A stretch of 61,150 bases of DNA, the filler included, from Basidioascus undulatus (Eukaryota), in the NCBI GenBank assembly GCA_000826855.1. It is 9 parts of 9 records of this genome, joined end to end, with 100 filler letters (N's around TTAATTAATTAA, not from the genome) between each part and the next. Parts side by side here need not be neighbours in the genome. Positions count along the whole stretch, not along the records: positions 46,787 to 50,624 come from JTLS01002306.1; positions 50,725 to 54,559 come from JTLS01002307.1; positions 54,660 to 61,150 come from JTLS01002308.1; 6 more parts are not named here. One strand, written 5' to 3'. Numbering within the stretch: position 1 is the first letter of the stretch; every line of letters starts with the position of its first letter. Under the pieces are notes generated by a model, which worked only from the letters and a program-made list of their open reading frames with translations, made no database searches and had not been told where the DNA came from. Shown piece by piece: positions 48,780-61,150 of this stretch. The position numbers and the translations under genes were made by a program.

Positions 48780-50724
48780 CGAGGCGCGGGTTTAAAGGGT
48801 GGGATGGGAGAAGATAGGTGAGCGAAGGGATCTGGAAGACTTTGATGGGATTTGATTCTAGGTGTGTATGCTTTGTTGTTCGGTTGTTCGTATCGTGCTA
48901 TGGCGAACTGTTTGGTAACATACCGCACAAAGCCCCTGCCACGCGTGCGTACCAAAACGTGTTTCCGAGATATGTGAGCTAACACTCTACATTAATAGAT
49001 ATTGCTTCCTCTCGTCCACCATACTCCTTTACAATTCTGCTCGACAATGGGCGCCCTCCCCACAACTTCACTGAGGGGCGACTCGGACGTTCGCCGATTC
49101 ATGTCCGGCGACCATCCCTGCTGGGCTTGGCCCTCGGTGCAAATGACCTTGCTTTAAGCTGAGAGTACAGTAATGGATTTGAAATTATGCCAGAACCGTC
49201 ACCCGTGCAATAAATCATCGTTGTAACCATAACGATCGCCGAGAGACGCTGCGATAATTCAGTGCCGTGGTCGTCGCACAGTTTTGTAACTTACTGGTTG
49301 GACACTTCAGGTCTCAACAGGGGTAGTTTTGAAGGATTTCGAACACTCGTGCATTGGATGGGAATGTCATTGAAATTTGATGTAGACAGTCATCTGACTC
49401 ATTTGAAATGCAGACCCCTGCGATAAACATTTAGCAGTTATAAAAGAAATACAGCGCCTGTACAGACAGTGAAAACTGGTGCCCTGAACAGCGAACATAC
49501 AGCACCTTACCAAATCAGTGCTTGGTGAGTGTACTTGCGGTGTGCCTTTCTGGGTGATCTTTAGTCATTAATAGCGAAAGATGCTTGTTGTGTCTGTCAC
49601 ACAGTGAACATTTGCTTCACATGTCGCTTACCGCCTGCTGCGCTGCAGACCCCTGACCGCCTCAGCTCTATGTCAGATTTGGGAACCGAGCGCGGAAGTT
49701 AAATCTAAACCCTTCTAGTAAGACAGACCGAGTATTGAGAGGCTGTGGCGTGTGCGGGCTAAGCCGTTCAAGCCCAAGTCCACTGCAGCTTGCGGTTCAC
49801 GTCCACGTTCATGCACAAACTTACTTCAAAGGATTCTCACCCTCTCTTTGTCCTGAATGTTGATAAATTATGTCCGTCATGCGGGATCGAGGCCTTATTG
49901 TCGAGCATATCCCGGCGTCGAGGCGGGTGCTGGCGCAAATGTGTCGGCCGTTGGCTTAGATAGAACGCGTAGAATGACGGACGTTCGCGGACCGCTCTGT
50001 TCCTCTGCGCTGGGATTCCACGCCCCGCTAAAACTTCTTTTACTAATACCACCACCGCCTGAGCACCCCCTTCAATTCACCTTCTCTCCTTGCCACTACA
50101 GGGCGTCCCCGCATTCAACCCTGCTTTCACACCCGCCCAACCGCAAGCATGTCCAACTGGCGTGGCCATCCAATCGCACCCTCCCTCGCATGTTGAGATT
50201 TGGATATGTATTCTATTCGGAGCACTTTCTGGGTTCTGCTCAACAGGTGAAGCTGGGTGCAGGGGAGAATCATCGCCATCCTGCCCCGCAGCGAGCAACT
50301 CAGCTGCGCACTCGTCAACAGGCGCTTCGGATCGGCAGTCCAGAGCCGCTGATGAGACGATGGGATGGCCTCCGGGTCGTTTGCCTGAAGATCTTAGAGA
50401 CGACGCCGGGACGGTTTGGTTCGAGAGTATGTCAAGCCGGACGAGGGACGACAACGTCGATCGAGGACGGCGGACTACGCGAGCTTGCAGTGAAAGACTG
50501 CACGATTGCATAGCGCCTTCTTGTTGCATCCATATACTTTAAGTTCGCGAAATGCCGCATTTCCATGTTTATAACGCATGTAACTCTTGGACACCCTCAC
50601 ACGCACTTGACGGGCGCATGAAATNNNNNNNNNNNNNNNNNNNNNNNNNNNNNNNNNNNNNNNNNNNNTTAATTAATTAANNNNNNNNNNNNNNNNNNNN
50701 NNNNNNNNNNNNNNNNNNNNNNNN

Positions 50725-51034
50725 ACCTGGCTGGGACACCCTCGCGCCGCTCCCCGGCCTCGGCGCGCTCGACCGCCCGCCGACGCGCCCCCCGCCGGGC
50801 CCGCGCAGCCCTTTCGACCCCTCCAGCCCCGTCCCGAGCTTCCTCCCGCATCATCTGCCGTCCGCCGCGTCCACGGCGAGCGCGAGCTCCGCCGGGTTCG
50901 AGAACCCCGCCCTCCTGCCGCTGCCCCCGCAGCCACAGGACCAGCCGCCCAGGTTCGAGCCGGGCCCTGGGGCATGGAGAGGCCCGAGACGCAGCGGGCC
51001 TCCTTTCCCGGGAGGTGGGCCGCGAATGCAGTAG
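50725..51034 (+). CDS. C-terminal fragment of a Pro-rich hypothetical protein
   Basis: GC-rich frame ending ...SAGFENPALLPLPPQPQDQPPRFEPGPGAWRGPRRSGPPFPGGGPRMQ*, followed by a T-rich 3' region. Confidence 0.4.
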
Positions 51035-52016
51035 TCGTTCTGGTTGGGTTCCTTTGGTTGTTTCCTTGTAACTTTGGCGTTATTTTCGTATGTACCGCAT
51101 TGTCTTCCGGCGATTATCTAAAACTTAGGGCTCGTGTCCATTTTGATGGTTCGTCTGCAAGCCAGCTCCGTTCTGCTTCTCGGGCCTGACTTCCGAGGAG
51201 CTTTGCACTGGGGACTTCGACCGGATCATAACTTGTACGCGGTGGAATGGTTCAGGCGAAGAAGACAGGTGCTATACTGTGGCCCACACATCGACACATG
51301 GCTCGACCCTCGGCTTTATCAGGTTTCTGACCACCCGAATAGATTATCATGATAGAAACAGGCACAGAACACTTGTCGCTTGCACAAACTGAAGATGGGC
51401 CATGTTGCAGCGGCAGCGGCCTGTTGACTAGCTCACTTTCTCGTTCGCAGCTTGCACCTGTTTTTCTCTGCCCCGCATTTCCCTGTATTTCCACCCGAAC
51501 TTCTCCTGCACAAAGTGTCGAGTCCTCGCTGCAACAGTCAAATTTGAAGGAATTGAAGAATCGCAGTTGCACACAGTAATTTGCTGCGTCGCTCGCCGGC
51601 TCACCGGCGCTCAGCTGCGATTGCTTTTCCCGCCCCCAGGAATAAAAGGAGGCGGAGGTCTTCTTGGGCGTCTACGCAAAGTTTACGCAAAGATTAGAAG
51701 ATAGGCATTTAAGCGTGTAGGCGGGGATGTGGGTCGTGGGAGGGGGAGGACGAGTGCGAGGACGAGCGTGGTTGGGTAAGGCAGTAGTAGCAAGCTGGGA
51801 GGGCCAATCAAACCAAATGTTAAGAAAGCGACTGCGGCTGCACTGTGGGAGATTTATTCGAACCGCGATCTTTCTGGAAACACACAAACGCCTCGAGCGG
51901 GGTTCGAAGTGGACGTCGCTCGCAGTCATCCCTCGCTGTTCTGCTCCTACTGCTTCTCTGATTTGTCTGATTACACGTCACCGAAGCGGAATGCATCTTA
52001 AAAGTCTGTAATGTAT

Positions 52017-52813
52017 TCAAACTTTCATAATGATAAATCCCAGAAGTGACATTGAAAGGACGCTCGTCTCATGCAAAAGAGCGTGAACCCCGCAGCCCGT
52101 ATTTGCCGCCTCTTCGCTTGACTTGGCCCCACATGTCTTCTCCAGCGCCCAGGTGACTGTTCCCGAAGGTTGAAACATTTAGAAACTCCAAATTACATTG
52201 AGCCAAACCCTGTGAGAGAAGAAGGACGCACGGGAAGGCTTGCAATCCACCCAGCACAAATCCATGAGCCCTGAAGGTTCTTGCACGCGCACTGCAGGCC
52301 TACCCTGCCCATGCGGCCGCAGCCCTTCTAAAAGTCATTATAATTACCTTCATTTCAGCCAGAAGTCTTCCATTTCCCCCCTCCCCCCCTTCCCGGCGGG
52401 TCCGAGACTTACCAGCGCGAGGTAGGAGAGCTTGAACGGCTCGCCGCACTGGGGGTGTACTTGCTGTCGCCGCACACGATGACGGTCCTCTGTTGAAACT
52501 CCTGCCTAAGCTTTGTCTGCTCGGCAGCCGTCGCCGGCGAGGGAGGTTCGTTTCTCCGTCTTTGGCGTCCCGGGCGTCTCGGGGGTGTCGGACTTGACCT
52601 TGAGGAGAAGGGGAAGGCGCGCACGCAGGTGGCCGACGCCTTGAGGATGTCGAGCGGGTATCAGGAGGTCTATTCTTAGCAAAGGGAGTTCGAACGCGGC
52701 ACACCTTGCGGGCTCCGTCCGACGACGGCTTCCTGTTGCTGTTCCAGCGCGAGCGCGTGGACGGAGAAGCTGAGGGCGAGGAGGAGGAGAACGACAGTGC
52801 GACTGGGCTGCAT
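52017..52813 (-). CDS. Small secreted Cys-containing protein, possibly GPI-anchored or degenerate
   Basis: Signal peptide MQPSRTVVLLLLALSFSVHALA, Cys-bearing exons (CKNLQGSWICAGW, EKTCG) and hydrophobic tail VLSMSLLGFIIMKV*. Internal exon phasing is unresolved. Confidence 0.4.
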
Positions 52814-54726
52814 ATTGCTATAATGCAAACATTGAACTGCTGGGGTGGTTGAGAGTATTGAGGTCGAGGACACACTGCCTTTGTACGGTCGAGCTGCACC
52901 GCGCTGAGATGCCCAGATCCTGGATCCACGCGCGTCAGCACAGCTTATAGAAATGAGTAAATAATTCAGGCCCAAAGAGTCTATACGAGAGCCTGGTCGC
53001 CTTCACACAAAAAGTCGAAGCGACTGAATTGGATTGATTTTGACAGCTGGAGGAGCAAAGGATGAAACGCCGCCGCACTGACACGGAAGTCGTGCCATTG
53101 GTTCTCAGTTTTACTGTCTTTTGCTCTCAAACTATTTTGTGCATGTTAGGGCATGCATGAATACTTTAGAGAAATCTGGTGCGCGGTAGCGAGGGCAGTG
53201 CTGGGTGAGGGGGAACGTTTCGACATTGTTGTGCTTCACTGGCGTACTGGCAGTCCTGGAGCTAGCGTTGGGCACGCCGACTTGGTAACTCATCCTGATG
53301 TCTGATAAGCAGGTCGATGAAGGACCCTCCTGATGTTTGGAGACTGTGGGTGCTTCCCTGTAAAAACGCCTGCAACGTCTGCAACGCCACCCCTTCCTTC
53401 CCTTTCGCGGTGCTGCTCGATGCCACTCCATTTGCCGCCTATTTTCCCCAATTGCGATCCAAAGTTTAAGCTAGCCAGTCCAGGGTTACAAACGCATCAG
53501 CAGGCTCACGTTCTCCGCCCCCACCGCTACTTGTGGAACACATCGAGAGCGAATTGAAAATCTGTTCCGTCTACGACACAGAGTGAAAGACAGCAAACGC
53601 TCAAAGAAAACTTTCTAATATATCTGAACCCCACAGGGTGGTCACCAACAGGCCCAACATTGGCGGTGGTACCGGCTGAACACCGAGCCATTCTATCTCC
53701 ATAAAGTAGCGGCTGGAGCCTACAACCCCCTTCCTTTTTCCCACTTTGTCAAATTCCCCATCGCCAAAGGATTGCCGGAGGAGTCAATGTTTTCGAAATA
53801 GTTTCCCACAAATTCATATTTGGATTGAGCTACACACTGGCAAGCTGGAGCGTTCGTTTCGCGCAGGCTTGTGCTCGCAGTCGATCTCGCTGAGTGACAC
53901 AGCCTGATGCCCGAGTCTAGGACATCGTGTTTCTACATACCGACACTCACCGAAAGGTTACTCATACCACAGTATTTGCCCGATCTTTGCTGTTCTCGCG
54001 GACTCCGTTGAATGCCTCCCCTGTCCGCGCAGCGTCGCAGCATTCTGCAAGGCCTCGAGGACAAAGAAGTGCGGACTTTGCTCAGAGTTATTTTGAGCGA
54101 TTCGACTCGGATTCCAAGGTGGCCGCAGAGGGCGCGGAAACGGGCAGTGAGGAGGCGAGGCGAGGCGGTGAATGCATGTTGGGCGGCATTAGGTCTCGTC
54201 TCACGGGCCGTCAGAGTTGCCTGAGGTGTGGGTCTGAAGTCGGCGGTGGCAGCCAGGCTCAGCTCTCGTGTGAGTGCTGAGTGCAGAGTGCAGTGAGTCG
54301 CGAGCTTGCCAAAGAAACGAGCGCGTGGTTCCATGCGCAGCGGCTTGTCACTGCGATCGCGCATTGTCTGTCGCGCTGCTCAGACGCCCTCATACGAAGA
54401 CGAGACTCCCAAGCTCGCAAGGAAAGCCGCGGCAAATAGATAGTCGTTGCACCAGTGTATCCCCAACACCACGCCCTGATCGACCTTCCCATTCCGTCCT
54501 TCATCTCCCCCTCGCCAGCGCCGAGAGCACCTCGCTCTGGGCCTATATGCACACTGTCTNNNNNNNNNNNNNNNNNNNNNNNNNNNNNNNNNNNNNNNNN
54601 NNNTTAATTAATTAANNNNNNNNNNNNNNNNNNNNNNNNNNNNNNNNNNNNNNNNNNNNGGGGGGGGGGGCATGCATGGAGTAAGCACACCGCCTTGATA
54701 AGAAGTGAAAGAGGAACGAGCTCACC

Positions 54727-55739
54727 TTGCCTCTCCCGTCGTCAAGCCCACCCTTCGTAAGCACGCTGAAAGGCGCCTCCAGGATCAGCCGAGCCTCCAG
54801 CGCGGTGTAAACCAGAAAGTGCGCGTCACCCTAACAACGTGCTCTTCCCCTGATTGACCATCGCAGCGTCAGAACAACGGCGTTTCTTGAGTGAAAGCAA
54901 GAATTCCTAGAGCACGCACCGCATCGACGTTGCCGCACACCGCCACCCGCACCTCCTGCACGAACTCTGCTCCCCACCCATCGCTCAGACCCCGTACCTC
55001 GCCGCAACGCGCCCCTTGCGGACGCACCAGGGCTCTCCGGTATTCGTCGTACGAGTACCCTCGTATACGCATGCCTCCCCTCGCCCGCAGTCCCCTCATA
55101 AAGCACATTGACCTTGCACGCCACCGTGTCCGCTAATGCGCGGAGGGCGTCCAGCGCGCGCGCGACCTGGTCGGGCGTCAGGACCGCCTTGGACGCGTCA
55201 CCGTCGCTCGAGGCGGGCGCCTCCGCCTCGTCCGGCGCCGCGAGAACGCGCGGCAGCGCGCCGAGCGAGACGAACACCTCCCCTCCGTGAAGGCGCACCT
55301 CCTGCTCGAGGAAGGAGCGCAGCGCCGCGTCGTCCGGCTCGGGACGTATCAAGTGATCCTGCGCGTTTCCTCCTCCTGCTTCAGACCCTACACCCTCTCA
55401 CATTTGATTCTGATCACTAAACCCAAACGCACCTGCAGCTCCTCAAGCGTGATCCGCTCGGCCTGCCCGCCCGCCACCGGCTCGCCCTCCTTCTCCGCCA
55501 GCGACAAGTCTGCGAGGGCAGCAGTGGGCGGCGCCTGCGCCTTATCCTTGGTCTTGTGCGCCTGCGCCGCCGCGGCCAGGTACGCCGCGTGGCCCTGCTC
55601 GCGCTGGGCCTTGAGCGCCTTCTCGTGCACGTCGGTGATTTCTGGGGTGCCACACGCCCACGCCAGCCTCAGCGTCTCCTCCCGGCGGTGCCAGGCTTGG
55701 GGGGGCAGTACCTTGTTGGAATGATCTTAACGTCGTCAT
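54727..55739 (-). CDS. GTPBP1: GTP-binding protein 1/2 (translational GTPase), 5' part
   Basis: Spliced EVRVAVCGNVDA|GKSTLLG|VLTKGGLDDGRGK, the GTPBP1-family P-loop; truncated at the linker. Confidence 0.88.
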
Positions 55740-56197
55740 GCTGTTGTGTGGGTGAAGATAGGATAACGCTGGAGGTCTGGAATGTGAGAAGAGGAAGGCC
55801 AAGCGGCAAGCAAGACGCGACCGGCGACGCTATCGGCATATGACGCAGGGTGACTCGCTCGTTATCGCCAAACTTCGTCGAGTCTTGTCGAGTCACTTTC
55901 AAGGCGTTTCCCCGTAACAGGCCTCGGAAAGATATTCCGCACCGCACAGCATCATAAACAGAAAGGGTGTTTATTTTAGAATCGTGAGGAGCTTCTGACC
56001 CGGACAGGGGCACCAGGCAGTCCCGTGCAAGTTGCAGTCTGTCCCGTGCGTGAAGCATGCCCCCCGGGCCTGCATGCAGTAACTCTCCATCCGAGCACCC
56101 ATGTACAAACCTTAGCCGCAAAGACCCACAGCAACAGCAAGCTCATCTTGCATTCCTTTCATTCTCGTCAAAGTCCCATCTCCTTCCGTCCCACCCT

Positions 56198-58073
56198 CTA
56201 CTCCTCGTCCCTAAACCGCAAAAGCGTCTTCTTCCCTCCTCCACTCGCGCCCCTCTCAATGACCTCGCGCACGCGCCGCCCGACCTCCTCGTCGCTCTCG
56301 CCCGCCCCGCCAAGCTCGACGATCTCGTGCGCCGGCTCGCGGAGCTGCCCCACCCAAGCCACGCACGTATCAGCATGAGGAGGAGAAGGGGGTTGGAAGG
56401 TGAGAAATGGAAGAGGAGAGGGAAGACGCACCTTCCCTTGGTTGACCAAGTCCACCAGCGTCCTTGCTAGCTCGACGCGCGCTGGGCCCCGGTTCTGCGC
56501 GTACCACCGCGTCATCCAGAAGCCATTGGACTTGAGGTCCTGGTTTTCGCCCATCCCAAACCCCACACATCAGCTTGACATGGACAGGGAGGAGGGGAGA
56601 GAAGGGGCAAGAGGGACAAACCTTGAAGATGTGCAGCCCCGGCGGGAGGCAGAGCGGCTGCTTGGACATCGCGCCGTAGGTGACGAGGTGGGCGCCTTGG
56701 CCGAGAAGCCTTTCCGCATTCATCCCACATCAACACTCCACACTCTGTGTTATATCGAGAAGAAGCCAGACGCACTTGGCCATCTCCGTCGTCTCCTTCC
56801 CGCCTACGCAGTTGAGCGCGAGCTTGATGTCCTAGTTCCGTACCACTCATGTTCAGCTTCGTGAGAGAAAGAGAAAGAGAAAGGAAGGAAGGAAGCCACA
56901 GAAACGCACCTTCCCCCCCGCCCACTCCTTGATCTTCTTCCGCGACGCCTTGTCCGCGAGCTCGCCGTAGCTCATCACGTGGTCCGCGCCCAGGTCCTGC
57001 AGCTCTTTCTTCAGGCCCTCCAGGTCATCGCTGCCCCAACCAACCCCATACCGTCAGATCACCCGCTGACAAGGCAAGGTAGGCGAAGAGACATACCGGT
57101 CCCGCACGAAGTTGATCGTCTTCAGGCCCTTGTGGCGGGCGATCTGGATCACTGCCTGCAGGGAGGAACCGAGTTTAGCAAGAAGGAAGGACGAGGAATG
57201 GGAGGGAGAAGGGACGTACTTGGCCCACGGCAGAGTTCGCCCCGTTCTGGATGACAACGTCGCCCGGCTGGAGGTCCCCAAAGTCGGAGAGCATCCGGAG
57301 GGCGGTGGGGGGGTTGACCTGCCTCGTGCGGCGGTGTCAGTTTAAGGGGGAAGGGGAGAAGGTGGATGGGGGGGAGGAGACGCACCGCCATAGTAGCCGC
57401 ATGCACCTCGGTGACCTTGCTGCCCTCCTCCCGCGGGACAGGGATGAGCGCGTCGGCCTTCAGGAGCGCATGGCTGCGCCACGTGCCCATTCTTCCGTCC
57501 CACCATCACACCACCCATCCCACATCAGTAAACCCAAATCGCAGCGAAAGAAGAAGAGGAGAGGGGTAGGGGAAGAGGGAAGACGCACTGCGGCCCACCC
57601 ATGAACACCCAGTCGCCCTTCTTCAAGCCCTGCACGCCCTCGCCCACCTCCTGCACCTCCGCGAGCCCCTCGTTCCCGCCGATAAAGACGGGCTTGGGTG
57701 TGTTCAGGTTGTCGTGTGGCTTGGGGAGGGAGGGGTACACGCCTTGGACGACGTTGATGTCTGCCCACCCACATCCCACATTCAGCGTCACCCGATCCTA
57801 GAAGCATTCTTTTACCCTAGATACTGGGTGAGCTGGAAGGGAAGGCGACGCACCAGCCGGGTTAACAGGGCTCAGCCGAAACCGGACCTTCACCTCGCCC
57901 TGGCCCGGGTTCCCGAGCGGTGGGAGCGTGAGCCCCCGGAGGACCTGCGTGGGCTCCCCGTTCTGCTCATAGACGATCGCGCGCGGTGCCAAGGCGCGCG
58001 CGGAGGACGCGAATGTGCGTGTTTGCCGTGCTGCGAGGGCGGGCAGGGCGCGGAGGCGGAGGGGGAGGATCAT
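56198..58073 (-). CDS. ETR1: Mitochondrial trans-2-enoyl-ACP/CoA reductase (MECR)
   Basis: Presequence-like N-terminus, then [78 protein letters not shown] and GFWMTRW. Confidence 0.95.
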
Positions 58074-58497
58074 GACGTCGTGAGCGGAGGGGGAGGGATG
58101 GTGATAGTCGGGAAGCAAGCCGGTGGAGGGGAGGGGTTGAACTTGGAGGTTGGGTGGTTGAAGCTAAGAGGTGGATATATTTGCTGATGTTCACATTGCG
58201 CTCAGGGTGTGCAAATAGGCCAAATGTTGTGTAGGAGCATCAATCCGCCCAACTCCGCCGCCGTACAGCGCCGGCGCCTCTTGAGTGCCTACCCCCGCCG
58301 TGCCCGGGTCCAAATCGCATGCCTCAATACTCGCCCCAGAGCTGGTCGGTCTATCATGCTGCACAAAGTTCACATGCCCGTCAGTACCTGCATTACTCAA
58401 GCACCAAGATCAACCAACAAACCCACAAGCTCGCAGCCCGCCCGGGCCTAATCGCAGGCGGCTCAGAGCGCACTCTCCCCCCCCCCCCCNCCGGGGT

Positions 58498-58794
58498 CTA
58501 CTTCCTCTCAAACTCCCTCCTGACGCGCTCCCACTCCTCCTCGCCCCTGCCCTCCCGCTCGCGCCGCTTGCCCTCGCGGAAGCGCGCCCACTTCCACGCG
58601 ACGAGCTCGTGCAGGCGGCGGCCCTCCTCGCGCGCCGTGCGCGGGTGCGTCTCGTTGAGGTAGAACGCGAGGACGCCGGTAAAGATACCCAGGAGGGGGT
58701 CGAAGGCGCTGTGCGTGGGGAGGCGTTCGTAATTCAGTTAGAATGAGCGGTTGTGTGCGGGCTGGTAGACGCACCGGGTCACCAAAGGCTGCAT
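58498..58794 (-). CDS. NCE101: Non-classical export protein 1
   Basis: Two exons give MQPLVTRAFDPLLGIFTGVLAFYLNETHPRTAREEGRRLHELVAWKW...FERK*. Confidence 0.8.
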
Positions 58795-58977
58795 CCTCGT
58801 CGTCGTCGTCGTCGAGCAAGAAGACGCGGTTCTCGACCCCGGCGACCTGCAGCGCCCGAAGCGGGCGGGCACGCCGCGGAAAGTTGCGGGCTTCCTCCTC
58901 ATCCTGCCCCTTCGCGTCCGCCTTCTCGCTCTCAACCGCATTAATACCCTCATCAATCCCCGTCTCACAATTAAACT

Positions 58978-60222
58978 ATGTCTACGATACTCCTTCCCAG
59001 ATTATGCGTCCAGCCCCTCCGCGCTCTCGCCGCGCGCAGAGCCCTCACCTCTCTCGCGCACCGCCCACAACCCACCCTCCTCCCGACGCGTGTGAATCAC
59101 GGAACACACGCGCTCCATCGCGCGTCGTTCTGGTCGTCCTCAATCCAACGGGAATATCAAAAGTCTCAGTCATCAGTGCAGGGAAAGGAGAAGGAGAAGG
59201 TGGAGGTTTCCGAGTCTTCCAAGGTGCGCCTCTCCATCCCACCCCCAAATCCCACGCTGCGAGCTTGAGTGCTGAAGAGGGAGGGTGCGAACAGGAACAG
59301 GAGAAGAGGATAGACCGGCACGAAAATATCTGGACCATCCCGAACGCGCTCACGCTCAGCCGCATCCTCGCGTGCCCCGTCCTCGGCTGGTCCATCGTCA
59401 AGGGCGACTTCCACACAGCCACCGCGCTGCTCGTTTATGCGGGGGTGTCTGATGGGGTGCGTCTCGTCTCTTCCTTCCCTTTCCCTGCTCTTCCTCTGTT
59501 CTTCCGAGTGAATCCACTGCTTGTGCGGAAAGCTGACGCGTTCGCGTTCACCCAGGTCGACGGCTGGCTCGCCCGCAGATTCAACATGCGCACCGTGCTC
59601 GGGTCCATCCTGGACCCTGCAGCCGACAAGCTTCTCATGAGTGCGCCAACCCCGCTCCTCCCCTGTCTCCTCCCTCATTCCCTCCCTCCCCGAGACCAAC
59701 TTTGCCCGTCCCAATCCTCCACAGCAACCCTTACCGTAACGCTGGCGATCAACGGCCTCCTCCCCGTCTGGCTCGCAACGTTCATCATCGGGCGTGACGT
59801 CGCGCTCTCCATCTCGGCGTTCTACTACCGCTACATCTCGCTGCCTCCGCCTGTGCGTCCCTTCTCCCCCTTTCCTCCTTCCATCCCCCCCCCCTCGTTC
59901 TCCCTGTTCTTCCCCTCTTCCTCCTGCGCCGCTTTTTTCTTTTGACTTACCGGTCATTCACCAACCAGAAAACCTTCAAGCGCTACTGGGACTTCTCCAT
60001 TCCCTCCGCCGAAGTGCGGCCGACGGAAATCTCCAAGGTGCCCCCGCCATCCCTCCCCCTCCCCGTCCCCCTCCCTCCCCCCTCTCCCCAACCCTCCCAT
60101 CGAAACTCAACCCACGCACGTGCTCGCAGTACAACACCTTCCTCCAGCTCCTCCTCATGGGAAGCACGACCGTCGCGCCCCTCCTGAGCATGGACGTGTC
60201 GACGGGGCTGCAGGCGCTGCAG
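58978..60222 (+). CDS. CRD1: Cardiolipin synthase (CDP-alcohol phosphatidyltransferase); final exon not found
   Basis: ENIWTIPNALTLSRILACP, SDGVDGWLARRFNMRTVLGSILDPAADKLLM, IIGRDVALSISAFYYRYISLPPPKTFKRYWDFSIPSAEVRPTEISKYNTFLQL. Confidence 0.95.
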
Positions 60223-61072
60223 TGCGTCGTTCCTCCTCTCTTGGCTCTTTCCCTGCCTGCCTGCCTCTCCCTTTTCCGGCCACTACCCCCCCCCCCATTC
60301 TTAAATTTTCACACTGCCAGGGCAAACACATCAAAATATTCAACAGCTGTGGAGCTTGCTTGTTAAATTGATGTTTACATAGGAATTCAAGTCATTGCCA
60401 GCCATGTTTACAGATCAGCATCAGTGGGAAGCAGGGTTTCTAAATATTTCCAGACTGCTCTGTATGCTCTAGATTTAGTCTTGCAGTGCGCAATACAGTC
60501 CTATGATGTCTTAGTGAACTTTCTTATATGCAGATTCCTTGGACTACCATTGTACTAAACATACATTTCATGTAAGTATACAATTGCAATGTTTAGCAGC
60601 TGTCAAAAGCAGTCAGACAGCAAAGTGTGACTGTGAGCTTTCATACCATGCCAAGTGCCAGTAGAGACATTCAAAGGTGGCTAAATTTTGAAAAATCACT
60701 GTCCTTGCTGCCTTCAAGTTGAAGCACTGCAAACACTGTTATTGCTCTGATTGCAGCAACTCTCAATTCACTTAGTGTCATCTGCAGTAAGTGTGCCATC
60801 AGGTGACTGAGAAGGTCTAACACTTTAACAGTGTTGCTTTGGGGTTTTTTTTTTTTTTTCCTTGCTTGTTGCAAGATGCAAGGATTATGGAAAGACACTT
60901 TGCAGAATCACTGTGCAACATGCCTAGCAGTGCATTGACAGTGTTTGGCAAGAATTATATATAATTCAAGCCAATCCAACTTGAAAATTTGGAATTTCCC
61001 CAGTAATCCTTTCACAAAAAGAGGCCTGGTAACCAAAGCTGGTTGAAGAAAGAAAAGAAAAGAGGTATCCAC

Positions 61073-61144
61073 TACCGAACGTGGGACTCGAACCCACAAC
61101 CTTGTCCTTAGGAAAGACACGCGCTACCATTGCGCCAGCACGGC
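61073..61144 (-). tRNA. tRNA-Arg(CCT), intronless
   Basis: Minus strand GCCGTGC-TG-GCGC-AATGGTA-GCGC-G-TGTCT-TT-CCT-AA-GGACA-AGGTT-GTGGG-TTCGAGT-CCCAC-GTTCGGT-A, with T-runs downstream and one T-T mismatch in the acceptor stem. Confidence 0.88.
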
Positions 61145-61150
61145 TTGCTT

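Noticed and set aside
57812..57822. TAG-G-GTAAAA inside ETR1 intron 1 as a third 1-nt exon
   Set aside because: The upstream intron would be only about 37 nt, and inclusion would break the conserved PADIN frame.
56198..60222. ETR1 plus CRD1 as a mitochondrial lipid gene cluster
   Set aside because: The two are separated by a single-N join after poly-C at 58490, so adjacency is uncertain, and two housekeeping genes are weak evidence for a cluster.

Overview
GC-rich, intron-dense fungal genomic DNA. The short 50-90 nt GT(G/A)CGT...CTRAC...YAG introns and the gene content fit a basidiomycete (inference). The window is not contiguous: eight identical 100-bp linkers (44N-TTAATTAATTAA-44N) and two single-N joins concatenate contigs that appear length-sorted at about 3.8 kb, so gene adjacency across them carries no information. 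About 30 spliced protein genes or fragments were traced by hand, including GST, Zn-type ADH, isochorismatase, TRM44, Gfo/Idh/MocA oxidoreductase, sphingolipid C9-methyltransferase, GYP1, TOM20, RING ligases, AMPK-beta, histidine acid phosphatase, DUF1275, GTPBP1, ETR1, NCE101 and CRD1. There are also two tRNAs, a Ty3/Gypsy integrase scrap and several decayed genes. The most notable signal is extreme micro-exon splicing: two independent single-nucleotide exons (13854 and 19597) are needed to keep conserved reading frames, and a 5-nt exon carries a phosphatase catalytic His. Other notable items are a frameshifted C5 DNA methyltransferase, an array of GTGG-N6-CCAC dyads at 22-23 bp spacing, and a ~770-bp CpG-depleted foreign-looking block that truncates CRD1. 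No database searches were run. Family calls rest on motif recognition, and exon boundaries are manual.
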